DNA of 64,000 nt from Felis catus (taxonomy: Eukaryota): assembly GCF_018350175.1 (NCBI RefSeq), contig NC_058383.1, positions 29,328,001 through 29,392,000 on the forward strand, read 5' to 3'. Each line of letters begins with the position of its first letter. Within the stretch, counting starts at the first letter, position 1. This document shows, in pieces, positions 1-12,700 of this stretch. The position numbers and the translations under genes were made by a program. The notes beneath the pieces were generated by a model. It did not search any database. It saw nothing but the letters and a program-made list of their open reading frames with translations, and had not been told where the DNA came from.

Positions 1-200
1 TACACCAGTTCAGGATGGCCACTCTCAAAAAGACAAGAAGTAACAAGTGTTGGGAAGAATGTGGAGAAAAGGGGACCCTCTTTCACTACTGGTGGGAATG
101 CAAACTGGTGCAGCCACTGTGAAAAACAGTATGGAGATTCCTCAAAAAATTAAAAAATAGAACTACCCTATGATGCAGCAATTCCACTTCTGGGTATTTT

Positions 201-202
<2 letters not shown>

Positions 203-242
<40 letters not shown>

Positions 243-450
243 TTTTTTCAACGTTTATTTGTTTTTGGGACAGAGAGAGACAGAGCATGAACGGGCGAGG
301 GGCAGAGAGAGAGGGAGACACAGAATTGGAAACAGGTTCCAGGCTCTGAGCCGTCAGCCCAGAGCCCGACGCGGGGCTCGAACTCACGGACTGCGAGATC
401 GTGACCTGGCTGAAGTCGGATGCTTAACCGACTGCGCCACCCAGGCGCCC
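203..450 (-). mobile_element. Young Can-SINE (SINEC_Fc-like) with TSD
   Basis: ggggcgcctgggtggcgcagtcggttaag head, (CT) tract, long A tail; TSD tctgggtatttttc at 189 and 452. Confidence 0.93.
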
Positions 451-649
451 CTCTGGGTATTTTTCCAAAGAAAGCAAAAACCATTAATTTGAAAAGATAT
501 CTGTACCCTTATGTTTACTGCAGCATGACTTACACTAGCCAAATATGGAAGCAACCTAAGTGTCCACGGATAGATGACTGGGTAAAGAAGATGTGACACA
601 CACACACACAGAGGATTATTACTCAGCTATAAAAAAAGAGTATTTTTCT

Positions 650-855
650 GGGGCGCCTGGGTGGCTCAGTCTGTTAAGTGTCCAACTTTGGTTCAGGCGA
701 TGATCTCATAGCTTGTGAGTTCAAGCCCCACATCGGGCTCTGTGCTGACAGCTCAGAGCCAGGAGCCTGCTTCTGATTCTTTCTCTCTCTCTCTTGGCCT
801 CTACCCTGCTCATGCTCAGTATCTCTCTGTCTCTCAAAAATAAAACATTAAAAAC
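650..855 (+). mobile_element. Can-SINE
   Basis: ggggcgcctgggtggctcagtc head, CT tract, A-rich tail. Confidence 0.9.
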
Positions 856-1451
856 AAGCTACAGAAAGTATTTTTCCTATTTGTGACAGTAGGGATGGAC
901 TACGAGGGGTTTATGTGAAGTGAAAGAAGGTGGACAGAGAAAAGCAGATACCAAACGATTTCACTTCTCTATGGAATCTAAAGAACAGAATAAATGAACA
1001 AACAAAACAGAAACACTCATAAATCCAAACACACCGGTGGCTGCCAGAGGGGAGATGGGGCGGGGGGATGGGTACAGTAAGTGGAGGTTATTAACAGTAC
1101 GAGTCTCCAGGTACAGAACAAGTCACAGGGATGTACAGTATAGCACAGGGGACACAGTCCGTGATCTCGTAATAACACTGTATGGTGACAGATGGTAACT
1201 GCACTTACCTGGGGAACATTTCATAACGTATAAGAGTGTCAAATGACTGCTGAACACCTGAAGCCACTATAATATTGTATGTCAAGTATACTTCAATTAA
1301 AAAAAAATAGCATTTCAAATGCAAATGAGGTTCTTGGCTCTGAAATTTGTGTTCGTACAGCGGCAAGCGCGTTTTAAACAAGGGATTCAGTGTGAGGACG
1401 ACACCCCAGATACCAGCCCACAGACCGTGGCCGCTGGTCTCGCTTACTTAC

Positions 1452-1589
1452 CTCTGGAAGGGAGGACGGGGCACCACGTGTCTGCTTGATGGCCTCCTCG
1501 TAGCGGGGAGGGTCTTTTGTCTTGGGGACCGGGCTCCCAAACAGGGAGTGCTGGACGACGCACTGCTGGGGTGGAGGGGGCGAACTAGG
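1452..1589 (-). CDS. MRTFB: MRTFB exon M with PPxY motif (PSSPPPPQQCVVQHSLFGSPVPKTKDPPRYEEAIKQTRGAPSSLPE)
   Basis: Acceptor cctcag|CCT, donor GAG|gtaagt, 138 nt, phase 0 to 0. Confidence 0.95.
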
Positions 1590-1912
1590 CTGAGGCAAAA
1601 AGAGGAGGGCACATGTCAGGTCTGGGCAGTGAGCTCAGAGGGCGGCCGAGTCACGGCGCTCCTGAACTCAGGAGCCTTCTCACCTCCAGCCTGTGTGGCT
1701 GATGGCACCGGGGCACCATCCTGTGAGGGAAGGGTCATCTGTTCCGCGGTAACAGCCAAGCTGCCCCTTAACAACCGTCACCACGGTCTTTGGCTATTTT
1801 GTCCCATTAATATTGATACTCAGTCCCTCCACGCCCGAAGCACTGGGTTCTGCAGTGCTTTAGGGCCCCATGAGCAAGCACTGTTACTGCTGCCCCGTGT
1901 GCACAGCACTAC

Positions 1913-2071
1913 CTTGTTGGAAGCGGTAGGTCCATTCTGCAGGGAGGCAAGTGGTGCGCTTCTGGACTGAAGAACACTGGTGGAGGTCTTGTTCACAAAG
2001 GGCTGCTGGACCGCTGGAGCAGGTGGTCTCTCATACGGAAGAACTGAATTTGATGCCGAGTTCGTGAAAAC
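1913..2071 (-). CDS. MRTFB: MRTFB exon L (VFTNSASNSVLPYERPPAPAVQQPFVNKTSTSVLQSRSAPLASLQNGPTASNK)
   Basis: Acceptor ttacag|GTT, donor AAG|gtagtg, 159 nt, phase 0 to 0. Confidence 0.94.
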
Positions 2072-2150
2072 CTGTAACGGACAAATATTTTCCATTCAAT
2101 CCAATCTGTTCTTTGGCTCTTCCTACCGAAGAAAACCATGTTTTAGGACG

Positions 2151-2367
2151 AGGGTCGGCAGACTTGCCCTGTAAGGAGCCACCACGTGTGCAGTTTAGGG
2201 TCTGCAGGCCACGGGGTGTCTGTTGGAACTGTTCACCTCTGCCACTCTGGCCCAGCAGCAGTTTGGACAACGCATAAATCAATGGGTGGGGCTGGCTTCC
2301 AATAACTTTATCTACAGAAACAGGTGGGGCGCTGGAGGTGGCCCTCAGGCCGTGGTCTGCCGACCCT
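2151..2367 (-). mobile_element. MER58A-like hAT-Charlie MITE
   Basis: Perfect 13-bp terminal inverted repeats agggtcggcagac / gtctgccgaccct, about 217 bp long, internal sequence resembles MER58A from memory. Confidence 0.75.
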
Positions 2368-2459
2368 GATTCTCCAGCATCCGTGGTCCCTTTACTCAGT
2401 GGCCTGTCTTTGATGGCGGTGTGGACTGTACCTTCTGGGAAATCAGCGCTTGCTCAGTA

Positions 2460-3270
2460 TGATTTCTGTCTTAGGCGATAGCTGAATTTCTCATATTCCT
2501 CACCAGGGTGGTCTCATCTACTTTCACAGCTTTCATGTCCACGATTAAGCTAATAATCCCCAAACCCACCTCTTTTCCACCTTGCTTCCAAGTGCCAAAG
2601 CCATATTTATAACCTTTATTTACAAACATAAATTCAGGACATCTCAAATGTAATATATTCCAAACGAAACTTTCCCCTTTCCTTCCACCACCACCAGCCT
2701 CGGAGGAAAAGTACTTCTTGGTTTTCCCTTCATTTATTTTTAAAACTTTGGTAAACGGAGCCATCGGTCTCCTCTGCTGTCTCCCTTCAGTGCTCACACG
2801 CCTTACGAATGCCTCCTGAATCAGGCCTCTGTCCTCCGCTGTCCTAATCCAGGTCCTTGCTCCTGATCACGGGAGTACCGTGGCATCCTCTTCACTGTGC
2901 CTCCCTCCCTGTCGACCCTCTGGCTACAGTTGCAGCCTCAGCACACACCTGATGGAGCCCCCACAATCCCTGGCTCCTCTGTCCTTACGGTAAAACCCTC
3001 CTCTCTGGCTGGCACAAAAAGCTTCCACCACCCGGCCCCATTTCTGTCCGACCGGAAAGGCCACACAGGCTGCGGCCACACTCAGGTTTTCAGTTTGTTG
3101 AAAGTGTCTCCAAATCCTTGCAGGGCCCCATTTAAAATCTGCCCCCTTCTGAGAAGCTGGCCTCCGCTCTGTCAGGGAACGGTGAGGATTCCCTCCTGTG
3201 GAACTAACAAGTGTCTGTTTAGCCCCCATCACGAGCCAAAGGTCTTAGGGCCTTTTACAAATGTATGGTC
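2460..3270 (-). mobile_element. Degenerate L2 fragments
   Basis: Pyrimidine-rich L2-like motifs (catctcaaatgtaatatattccaaacgaaact; tcctaatccagg). Confidence 0.5.
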
Positions 3271-3412
3271 ACTGTGTGATTTTGTGATTGTATTTCACAG
3301 AGCTGATTTACTCATAAAAATATTTTATGTACTTTATACCACTAGTATTCTGAAAGAGAAAAACTTACCTCTGCGTTTCTATTGTAAACATACATACGTA
3401 TTTCTTAAGTGG

Positions 3413-3416
<4 letters not shown>

Positions 3417-3469
<53 letters not shown>
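3417..3469. repeat. (GT)n microsatellite
   Basis: Uninterrupted GT run of about 26 units. Confidence 0.98.
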
Positions 3470-3472
<3 letters not shown>

Positions 3473-4659
3473 ACCCCTTCAAAAGGTACAGCTGCTCTGG
3501 GCGAGGAGTTCTGGAAGCATACTCCTCTTTGAAAAAGCTGGAATTAATGATCCCTGATTCTAATATTGAGACTTAGTGAATAAACCCTTATTTCTCCTGG
3601 CTATATCCTGTTTTTCTCTCTCTTCTCTTAAAGAAAACTGTCTTAACATTGGAACGTTCACTGAGGCGATCACCACCCTAGAATGTTATTGTGAGCCCAA
3701 AGTCAGTAATATGCTGCTGTAACTCACTGCATTTCCCAGAGGAGATTCCAGAAGAGAGCACATGATAATGTGACTACTGATGACCTCAGGCGTCAATTTC
3801 TGTCTGCTGCTCAAGTGGTCTTAGCCCAGACGGTTCACGCTACCTTGGGGCATGTCTACAGGTACACCTAATTATCCAAGTTCTTTTATGTTGAAGATTA
3901 ACATTCTGGGACTAATAATTCTCAAGGTTAAAAATAAGACCTATTTTTGAGGCCTTAAGAGTTTTCTGTCAAGGAGATGTGCACACAGCTCCACCTGCTG
4001 GGTAAGAGGGAATTTTTGTAACTTCTGGGCTATTCAACATCACAATTTTTTGGTAGGAACACATGGAGGGGTTACTGAGTCCTAGACCAACACGGTCATC
4101 TGAAAGATGAGGAAAATGACGCTCAGAGGAAGTAAGTGAATTTTGCATAAGGCCAAACCTGTAGGAAGTGGGGAACCAGAATCCGCACACCTGGGCCCTC
4201 TGGCTCTTAGCCCGCAAGATGGCAAACCCTTAAATATATAAAGATCTTATTCAAGGTAGACACTGAAAAAGTATCTTTTTCAACTTCAAATATTTCTACC
4301 CAGGGAACAGCACTTCCCCCTCCCCCACAAGATGATTAATTTGAAAAGGAATTTATTTTAAAACTCAAAAAATCCTACATGAGGATTAAAAACAAACTTT
4401 TGAAACTTTTACTTGGAAAAGGGCTTTAACTGTTAAGATGACCGGTCTTTCAGTAAAAAAGAACCCTTTTTCCCTAATAACTGCATAATCTGCAGCCGGA
4501 TGGCAGGTGGCCTGAGGCCCATCCAGTGGGAGGTGCGTGATACAAAAGAACAAACAGGTGCTTCCCACGGAAGAGACCGCTATGAGGACACTTGCAGAAT
4601 GGCTGAGCAGATGACAGTCACCATCGGCGACGGCCTGTCACTCGTTAGCATTCACCAAC

Positions 4660-4803
4660 CTTTCTAACTTGCTGAGGCTGACTGAGCACATGTGGCGTGA
4701 AAGCTTCTTGCTTCTGAGGTACGGTCTGGGCTAAGCCTGAGGACAGGGTGGTGGCTGCTGTCTGCGGCTGAGTCTGAGTCTGGATTCCTGCTTGTGGTGG
4801 AGT
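4660..4803 (-). CDS. MRTFB: MRTFB exon K (TPPQAGIQTQTQPQTAATTLSSGLAQTVPQKQEAFTPHVLSQPQQVRK)
   Basis: Acceptor ttcctag|ACT, donor AAG|gttggt, 144 nt, phase 0 to 0. Confidence 0.92.
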
Positions 4804-4869
4804 CTAGGAAGCAAACAAAATATTGATTTAATTATCAAAATCAAACTCAGAATCAAGAGTGTAGGTGTT

Positions 4870-5005
4870 GGGGGCACCTGGATGGTTCGGTCAGAAGAGC
4901 ATGGGACTCTGGATCTCGGGGTTGTGAGTGGGAGCTGCAAAGTTTGGGTTGAGTTTGGGCGTAGAGGTTACTTAAAAAATACATACATAAACTGAAAAAA
5001 AAAAA
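4870..5005 (+). mobile_element. Older short Can-SINE
   Basis: ggggcacctggatggttcggtcagaagagcatgggactctggatctcggggttgtgag followed by an A tail. Confidence 0.75.
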
Positions 5006-6469
5006 GAGTTTACATGTGCAACATGCGATCATGTGGGGAACATATCTGAAATGAAGTGATAAAATACAGATAGATACACACTTCATCGACAACACAGTTT
5101 GAACCTTAATTCTAAACCAGAGACCTAACACCAGACCAGTTTTTTTCACGCTCTTATTATTTCTTAAGTGGCTAAGATTCTCATTGGGAAATTTTGAGAA
5201 AACGGAAAACTGAAATAAAAACCTATAGTGGCTCTACACACAACAGGCCAGGTGTGACAATAATTTTAACAGCAGCAAGAAAAATCTGAGGCCTAACTGC
5301 CCAAACAGTATGTGCTCCCTCTGGAGACAGTCAGCTATGTGCTGGGGCACACACGGGCCCAGAATGGAGAATGTCAACTCTAATGGAAGATTTGGATGGA
5401 AAAATACATGTTTAGAAAAGCTGTGTCACAGAGTAGACTTTGAATTTCACAGACAGTCTAAAGATCAAACAGGAAAATTAGAATGCTTGCACATGCCAAG
5501 GGCCTCTGGGTCATGCTTCCTAACCTCAGGGGCACAACCCACTGGTCTCTGCCATGAAGAGTATGTGGGTGGGGGGGCGGGTGGTCAAAGCTGAGGAGCA
5601 CTGTCCCAGGTGGTTTCTGTTCACCTGTCGCCCACCCACTGTGTGAAAACCTACCAAATGCACTGCATAAAAACAAGGTCAATACACAGGTTATGGAGGA
5701 GGCATAAAAGGAGGTTTCATGCTTACCAGTGTTTTATCAACTCCCTCAACACCTTCACTCCTAAGTTTGTGGTCACATTTTCCTCAGATGCCCCACATGC
5801 CTTAGGCATCTTGACTTCAATGGTGTCTTTCGAGAATCGCGTTTAGGAGGCAGAACACACGAGTGGGCGTAAAAGTAAAGGCCGGGCAGTTAGAAAACCC
5901 GGCTCTGTCCTAGAGCAACTTACCCAACGTTTCAAGGCCTCAGTTTCTCTACCTCAAAATGGGTGCCATCACTTAGATCTTCTGGGGGGAAGGGAGAGCT
6001 GAAGGGAGTGAGCCATTTAAAATACACGGAGGAGCATGTGACTCTCGATCTCGGGGCCGTGAGTTGGAGCCCCATGCTGGGTGTAGAGATGACTTAAATA
6101 AATAAGAAAATAAAGTACGTGATCCTGTGCCTTGCACACAAAAAGCACTCAGCGACACCAGCTATTCTCACGATACTGTAACCGGTATCTCAAAATGTCT
6201 GCACGTTCACTAACGATACCGTGTTCACTAAAGATAAAAGCGATCAAAAGCAGGAAAGCACCGCTTGCTTGTTTTAACTATGTGGAGACAATGCTAGCTA
6301 TTAACATTTCTGAATTAAATTCCAGGTCCCCGCCCCCCACGCACACATTTTCTGCACCTCTGAGGCCCGGCTGGGGTGCATGTATGAGAAGGCTGGGGCG
6401 CTCGCCATAAGGCAAGTTTCCGTTCCATGCAGGCTGTAAGGCAAAGGAGTTAGAAGACACACTTCACAC

Positions 6470-7516
6470 CTGGAGTCTGAGGCTGCCTACTGGGAGTTGC
6501 ACTGAGGTGACATTGGAGCCCTGGATGGACAGCGGCAGCAGCAGCTGAGCGGTTTGTGTGGTCAGTAAAGCCTGAGGCTGAGCGACAACGGCAGGCGGCG
6601 GCTGTCCCTGGGAACTCACGTAAAACTGTGGGACGACGCTCTGCTGCTCGGCCTGGGCCACGGGGACCTCCTGCTTGATCACTACGGCCTTTTTGGCAAC
6701 CAGGGTCTGGCCGCCCGCCGAGACAGGCTGGCCCACAGGATGGCTGGCCAGCGGGCCAGGCCGCCTGGGGCTGGAGCAGTCGGGCAGCGCGGTCTCGTCC
6801 TTGACGGGGGAGCCCACGCCGCCATGCTTCGGATCTAACTTGCCGGCCGAGCTGGCCGCGGCGCCGGGCTGGGGTTCCAGCGGCTGCTGCTGCTGCTGCC
6901 GCTGCCCTCGCTTTTCAACCTCAAGCTGCATTTTCAGAACTTCCACGAGCTTCTGCTCCTGTTCCAGTTTCCTCTTTAGCTCCTCGATCTGCTTCTCTTT
7001 CTCCTGCAGCTTGCGGTCCTTCTCGGCCGCGTCCAGTTCCAGACTCGACAGCGTGCTGCTGGCGGGACTCGGGCTGTCCTCGCTGCCCGTCACTCTCAGC
7101 GGCGACGAGCACAGGAACTGCGCGGGAGACATCATGGTCATGATCTCGGTGAACGTGTCTGCCATGCTTGTGTCCTCGGTCCCGAGACTGGACTGCTCGG
7201 AGGGGGAAGGCGAGATGGGCAGGGGGGAGCTGACGCTCTCGGCGTGGGCGACGTTGCTGCTTCCGGCAGGCGGCAACTCTGCCTTGAAAGAGGGGCCTGA
7301 GCTCGTCACGGAGTTGTGCAGCGTTGTCACCGGCAGTGCCACGGTGACTTCTGGGTTGCTGGCGACGATGGCAGACGCTGGCACCGCCAGGACGCCGCCG
7401 GCAGCAACAGCGCTGCTGTTCACTTCCTGGTAGGGCTTCAGGCGTTCGATGAGGTCCGGTTTGGTGCCCGACACCGGAAGACCCCGTAACTTCAGCTCCG
7501 TCTTCAGTTCCGACAC
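6470..7516 (-). CDS. MRTFB: MRTFB exon J, SAP domain and leucine zipper (VSELKTELKLRGLPVSGTKPDLIERL...LEQEQKLVEVLKMQLEVEK...GSLRLQ)
   Basis: Lies within ORF 6464..7537; acceptor ttgcag|GTG, donor CAG|gtgtga, 1047 nt, phase 0 to 0. Confidence 0.97.
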
Positions 7517-7829
7517 CTGCAAGTACAAACAAATCACGTCTCTTCTCTCGGTACCGCAACTCCCGACAGATCTACAGGACGCCCAGACGCAAAACGTGCC
7601 TACCGCCTGTCAGCTCCACGTTACCATGTATGGGCAAAGGGGACGGTTTCTCTTCCCGATGCACACACAGCTACGGACCTGTGGCACTGGGAAGGCTGGA
7701 GGTAAAGCAAGGGCTTTTAGAGGGTAATTCCTGTTCTGTCTGAGGATTTACAATCAGAAATCGTGACGAGGACAGTCACATTCATTGAGTAATTACCACG
7801 TGCCACACACTGATGGAAGTGCTTTATAC

Positions 7830-7984
7830 TTTGTCTTTTCTCTTCTTTTCTTTTCTTTTTTTTAAAGCAGACTCCATGCCCAGCGTAGAGCCCAACTCGG
7901 GGCTCGAACTCACGACCCTAAGATCAAGACCTGAGGGGAGATCCAGAGCTGAACGCTTAAGTGACTGAGCCACTCGGATGCCCC
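7830..7984 (-). mobile_element. Can-SINE (short type)
   Basis: Reverse-complement tRNA-like head ending ...gactgagccactcggatgcccc, T-rich tail. Confidence 0.8.
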
Positions 7985-8462
7985 TATTCTTACAATTAAT
8001 CTTCACATGAGGTGTGGGTGTTATTATTATTATTCCTAGTGCACAGATGAGGAGATTGGGGCAGTGAAAGGCAGACCGTTATGTCTGACCTACCATGGAT
8101 AACCAGAAGCTGAGCTGAGGGAGGAAGCCTATGCAGTCTGGCCTCAGAGAGGAGATTCTTGACTGTTAACATTTTCCTGCTTCTCCCAACTCAGCAAGGA
8201 GCGGGGAAGAAGAAAATCTCCCTCTGCAGTCACAAGTGTTCTGGTGCCCACACACGGTCTATGCTCAACAAATCAGAGTTATTACTGATCGTCTTCAAAG
8301 AAACTTACTGGACGTAAACAGACAGTACCCCTGAAAAGGTTATCTTACTGTTGGTAAAGCTGAAGGTCTAGTGAAAACTTACCTACACCTCAGACAAATG
8401 TGGCCAATCATTTCTGTTTTTGTGGTAATTACGGGTGAATAAACTCTACTTTGAAGTATTAC

Positions 8463-8595
8463 CTTTAAGTCATCCAGGCTAGAAGGCAGGGGCCCCGGCT
8501 TTCTCACGGAAGCAGATGGATTCTGTCTTGGTGTATTAGGCGTGGTGCTGTTCAGAGCCGAATTCCCACTGTTGTTATTTTTGTCATTGAGTGGC
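8463..8595 (-). CDS. MRTFB: MRTFB exon I (PLNDKNNNSGNSALNSTTPNTPRQNPSASVRKPGPLPSSLDDLK)
   Basis: Translated by hand; acceptor ttttgaag|G, donor AAG|gtaata, 133 nt, phase 2 to 0. Confidence 0.95.
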
Positions 8596-9202
8596 CTTCA
8601 AAAGGAAAAGAAAATTAGACTTGATAATAAAATCATGTCTGAATTTGATCCTGCTTCTGCTAACGACTTGACTGTTAATGTGTGAAGACAAAATCATCAT
8701 GGTCGTGGATTGGAAGACTCAATAGTATAAAGATATCAATCAAATGAGACCCCCCCTGCAAGTTTTGCTTGCTTGCTTGCTTGCTTGGTAGAAATTCTGA
8801 AGGTGATTCTGAGCTATATATGGAAACACAAAGGACCAAGAATGGCCATGGCATCACTGAAGGAAAGCAAAGCTGGAAGAGCCATACCCCTTATCAAAAC
8901 TCATTATAAAGCCAGTTATTAAGATGGTGTGGTGCTGGTACAAGGGCAGAACAACAAATGGAAGAGAACAGAGAATCCAGAAACAGACCCTCACATATAG
9001 AGCCTCTTGAGTTATCGCCAAGATGGCACTGAAGTGCACTAGCAAGAGGGTGGTCCTTACAATAAATGGTGCTGGGCCACCCTGGATATTCACACAGATA
9101 AAAATAAGGCCCTTAACTGACCCCTACACCTCACACCATCTCAGAAACCTAAACGTGAGTTATGAAAGCAGTAAACTTTTAGAAAACTTAGGGTAATATT
9201 TC

Positions 9203-9353
9203 AGGGTGCCTGGGTGGCTCGGTTGGTCGAATGTTTGACTTCAGCTCAGGTTGCGATCTGGTGGTTCGTGGGTTTGAGCCATGCGTCAGGCTCTGCACTG
9301 GCTCGCTCTCTCCCTCTCTCTCTGCCTCTCCCTGACTTGTGCTCTTTTTCTCT

Positions 9354-9386
<33 letters not shown>
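9203..9386 (+). mobile_element. Can-SINE
   Basis: gggtgcctgggtggctc head, long A tail, flanking repeat agaaaacttagg. Confidence 0.88.
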
Positions 9387-9387
<1 letters not shown>

Positions 9388-9522
9388 AAACTTAGGATAA
9401 TATCTTCATGGCCTTTGGGTAGGGAAAGATTTCTTAAACAGGACACAAAACACACTAAGGGAGACAGACAGCTTTAAGAGTGAAAAGTCAAATCATAGGA
9501 GAAGGTACTTGTAATACATATT

Positions 9523-9744
9523 TCTTTTTTTATTTTATTTAACTTTTCAGTATTTATTTACTTTTGGGAGAGACAGAGTGTGAGCGGGGAAGGAGCAGAA
9601 AGAGAAGGAGACACAGAATCTGAAGCAGGCTCCAGGCTCTGAGCTGTTAGCACAGAGCCTGATGTGGGGCTCAAACCACAAACCGCAAGATCATGACCTG
9701 GGCCGAACTTGGACACTCAACCGACTGAGCCACCCAGGTGCCCC
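9523..9744 (-). mobile_element. Can-SINE
   Basis: Reverse-oriented full-length copy ending ...gagccacccaggtgcccc. Confidence 0.88.
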
Positions 9745-12700
9745 TCTAATACGTATTTCTGACAAGGCATCATATCTAGAATATACAAAAAAAAGTCTCA
9801 CAAATCAGTAAGAAAAAGACAAAACGCAATGGGAAAATCCTGAACAAGCATATCACAAGAAAATCTATCCCAACGGTCCTTAAACGTGTGAACAAGGGCT
9901 TAACACCTCATCAGACACGAGGAAAATGGAAAAAGGCACAACAAAACAGCACTGCACATCCGGCAGAACTGCTGCTATAACGAATAAGACGCCAATACGA
10001 AGCACTCGGAACATCGAGAGCGCTCAATCACGGCTGGGAGAAGTGTGAATTGGTACAACCACTTCGCAGAAGTGTTTTATGTTATCTACTAAAGACAAAC
10101 CTGTGCCTATCCTCTGACCCAATTCCATTCCTCGAGGGACACCTGACAAAAATCTACATACATGAACCAAAACACACAGGTCAGAATGCTTAGTATGGCA
10201 TTATTCATAACAGTCCCAACCGGAAACAACCCAACTGTCCACCAAGAGGATGATGGGTGGATAAATGATAAAATACTAGACAGGAATAAAAATTAACTAC
10301 TTCTATCTGCACCAGTAAAGATGCATCTCACGGACACAATGTTGAGCAGAAGAACTCACGTGCGTATGTATACCGTAAGACTGCATTTATATAATGTTCA
10401 AAAAAAGGCAAAACTAATCAATGGGAGAGAAGTCAGGTAGTCCCTGAGGGGGGATGCCAGGGGGCTTCTTGGGGTACTGATATTCTATTTCTGGATTTAG
10501 GTGGTGGTTATGGAGGTGTGTTTACTTAGCATTGATTTTCAGTTATGATTTATGGACTTCTCTATCACTTAACACTTCATTTAAAAAGGTGATTTAAAAA
10601 ATGTGTTTTATTTCTGTACTCATCTTCCCAGCAGAACCAGGTCCCCATCTAGCTTCTTCCCCCTAGGATACTCTTGGCAACAATGACATTTCCTCCCCTG
10701 GGTGGTTGACACTGTACAGCCAATTCCATTAGAGCCTCACGCTTTATCCTTATATGAGCCTTGGTGCTGAAGCATGGAGACTCTGACTTCCATGTTCTGA
10801 AACAGGGACCTGATGTTGCTTATGGGGAGAGGTCCCTGCTTAGATGAGCTTTGTCCAGTGGGTTTTTGGAAGACTGTGTTTGAAGCCATTTCTGGCCCTG
10901 TAAACAGCTAACTCTTGACATTCATCTGGGGTCTTTGAAAACCTGCCTAAATTTTATGGAAGTTAAATACTTTAAGTATTTGCAACGAAGTTTCTTGAAA
11001 TTTGGGTGGAATGACAAATATTTTATGTATCATTTATTTCCTTTCTAAAAATCCAGTTTTAAAATCTTCTATTAGAATTATGAAAACATTTTATGTAAAT
11101 CAGAACTTCTCAACCTCACTTATTTTCATTACTGTCTCCACAAGGAGACTTTCTACGAATTTTTTTTCCCTAATCGACCTTCCAGTGAAATCTTAATACG
11201 CTCAGGGATGCACTGTGTAATCACCTACGTACCGTATATGTGTCTGTGCTCTCTTCAATCACAAGTTGCAGCACTCCCCCGAACCAATTTCTGCTCCCTT
11301 GTGAACAATAAATTATTCTATTGGTGCGTTTGGTTGAGATTCTATAATGCTTTACTTGTTACTACGATTAACAGTTCAGTGCTTGCTTCAACCTTCGAAA
11401 TAACGAGAGTAAGTTGGACCTAGATTTTTTTTGTCCAGATCCACAAAGACAGAAAACATGCTGTGGGGGGACCCTGACAAATGTGATGTCTGTGTGGATG
11501 AGAAACCTGAAGTCCAGACACTTGAAAGGACCCTCCAGGAGCCCCCGTCAGTGTGTGGCTACAGCCCCATCTCCCAAGGTACCAGGGGCTGTGTTATCAG
11601 GTCAAATCTCACTGCTGTGGAGCTACAGACTTCTGCATTCAGCTTCCTGTACTGGAATTTCGGTGAAAAGAAACACTGTTTTAGAAAACAACACCTCCAC
11701 TGCCAGGACCCGGAAATTAAACAGAAGTGACGTTCAGTCTTTGCGTGGTGCAATAATACACAAAAGTAAGTGACCTTTCCCCCTCTGTGTCCCCGGATCT
11801 TTGTGTGTGATGCTCTCCGGGGCTGGGTGGCGTGGCTGCTACGGTGGTGGGGGTGTTTGTGGAGGACAGGGGACCGGCAGCCTTAGTGGAAAGACAAAGA
11901 AACATTAGAGACCAGATACTCAGCTCCTCAGATGTACTCTTCCCATCTACAAACTGGCCCCACACAGTCAATTTCTTTCATTACAGAAAAGACTGTTTCA
12001 TAGATACTACAAAAATCCTTTTATGGGATTTTCAGTTGTCCGGGTTTCCTCACCCGGGAGTGAGGTCAGTAACGTCACCTCCTCCTGGAGTTACGGTGAG
12101 GGGCACAGGGATGTCAACGTCGAGCACACTGCTGGGTGCATCGTAAGGAGCGCGCACAGGGGAGCCAGTCACCGCTCGTGTCCCTGCTGCCCGATGCCAG
12201 AGGAGGGAGGCGGCAGGGGAGGACGCCTCCCTCGGGCCTGGACAGAGCTGCAAAGCGGCGGTGGTCTGCGTCTGATGCGCTTCCAATCCTCTTTGGTCTT
12301 CCCTGGTTCCCTTCCAATGTCAACATCTCACTCAGGCCTGCTTGCTCTTAAAATAATAACATGCTACAAAAATTCTTTCTTTCTTCCTCTCTGTGCCCTG
12401 ATGTTTTAGATTTACGTACTTCACAGTAAGGTCCAAATGACTAATAGGTCTAATCTTCCTCGAGATACCAGGATCTTAAAAGAAAAAAGTGCATTGATAA
12501 TCACTAGCATATGAGGAGACGGTTCTTAACAGAGGAGCTTTTTAGCGGATCTCACTCCTTGTCTGCTCCTAGGAAACAGGGCTCCCTGTAGTGGCATGCT
12601 CAGCGTATGCGGAGAATATCCGAGTCGAATTTCCACACACCACACGGATCATGAATTGAGTGGCCTGCTCACTGAGAGAAACTTTCAACTCGAATAAACT

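Larger units (their letters stand above)
1..1310 (+). mobile_element. Old LINE-1 3' fragment (ORF2 end and 3'UTR) interrupted by two SINEs
   Basis: Typical L1 motifs (ggtgggaatgcaaactggtgcagccactgtgaaaaacagtatggag; gaagcaacctaagtgtcc) and a terminal A-run near 1300. Confidence 0.85.
8675..10590 (+). mobile_element. Ancient L1 (L1M) ORF2/3' fragments interrupted by two SINEs
   Basis: Degenerate L1 ORF2 motifs (tcgtggattggaagactcaatagtataaagatatc; gagaatccagaaacagaccctcacatata; ggaaacaacccaactgtcc). Confidence 0.8.

Noticed and set aside
248..605. Recurrent ORFs such as GQRETEHERGRGRERGRHRIG and AQSVKRPTSAQVMISR found across the window
   Set aside because: These are translations of Can-SINE copies, not a gene family.
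1347..1970. 207-aa plus-strand ORF
   Set aside because: Antisense to exons L and M and their intron, no ATG start in the sequence (TTG) and no recognisable protein.
2897..3532. 211-aa ORF containing a VCVCVC run
   Set aside because: Runs through L2 remnants and the (GT)n microsatellite.
6675..7433. 252-aa plus-strand ORF and the overlapping 212-aa alternative-frame ORF
   Set aside because: Antisense and alternative-frame shadows of the GC-rich MRTFB exon J; no independent gene signals.
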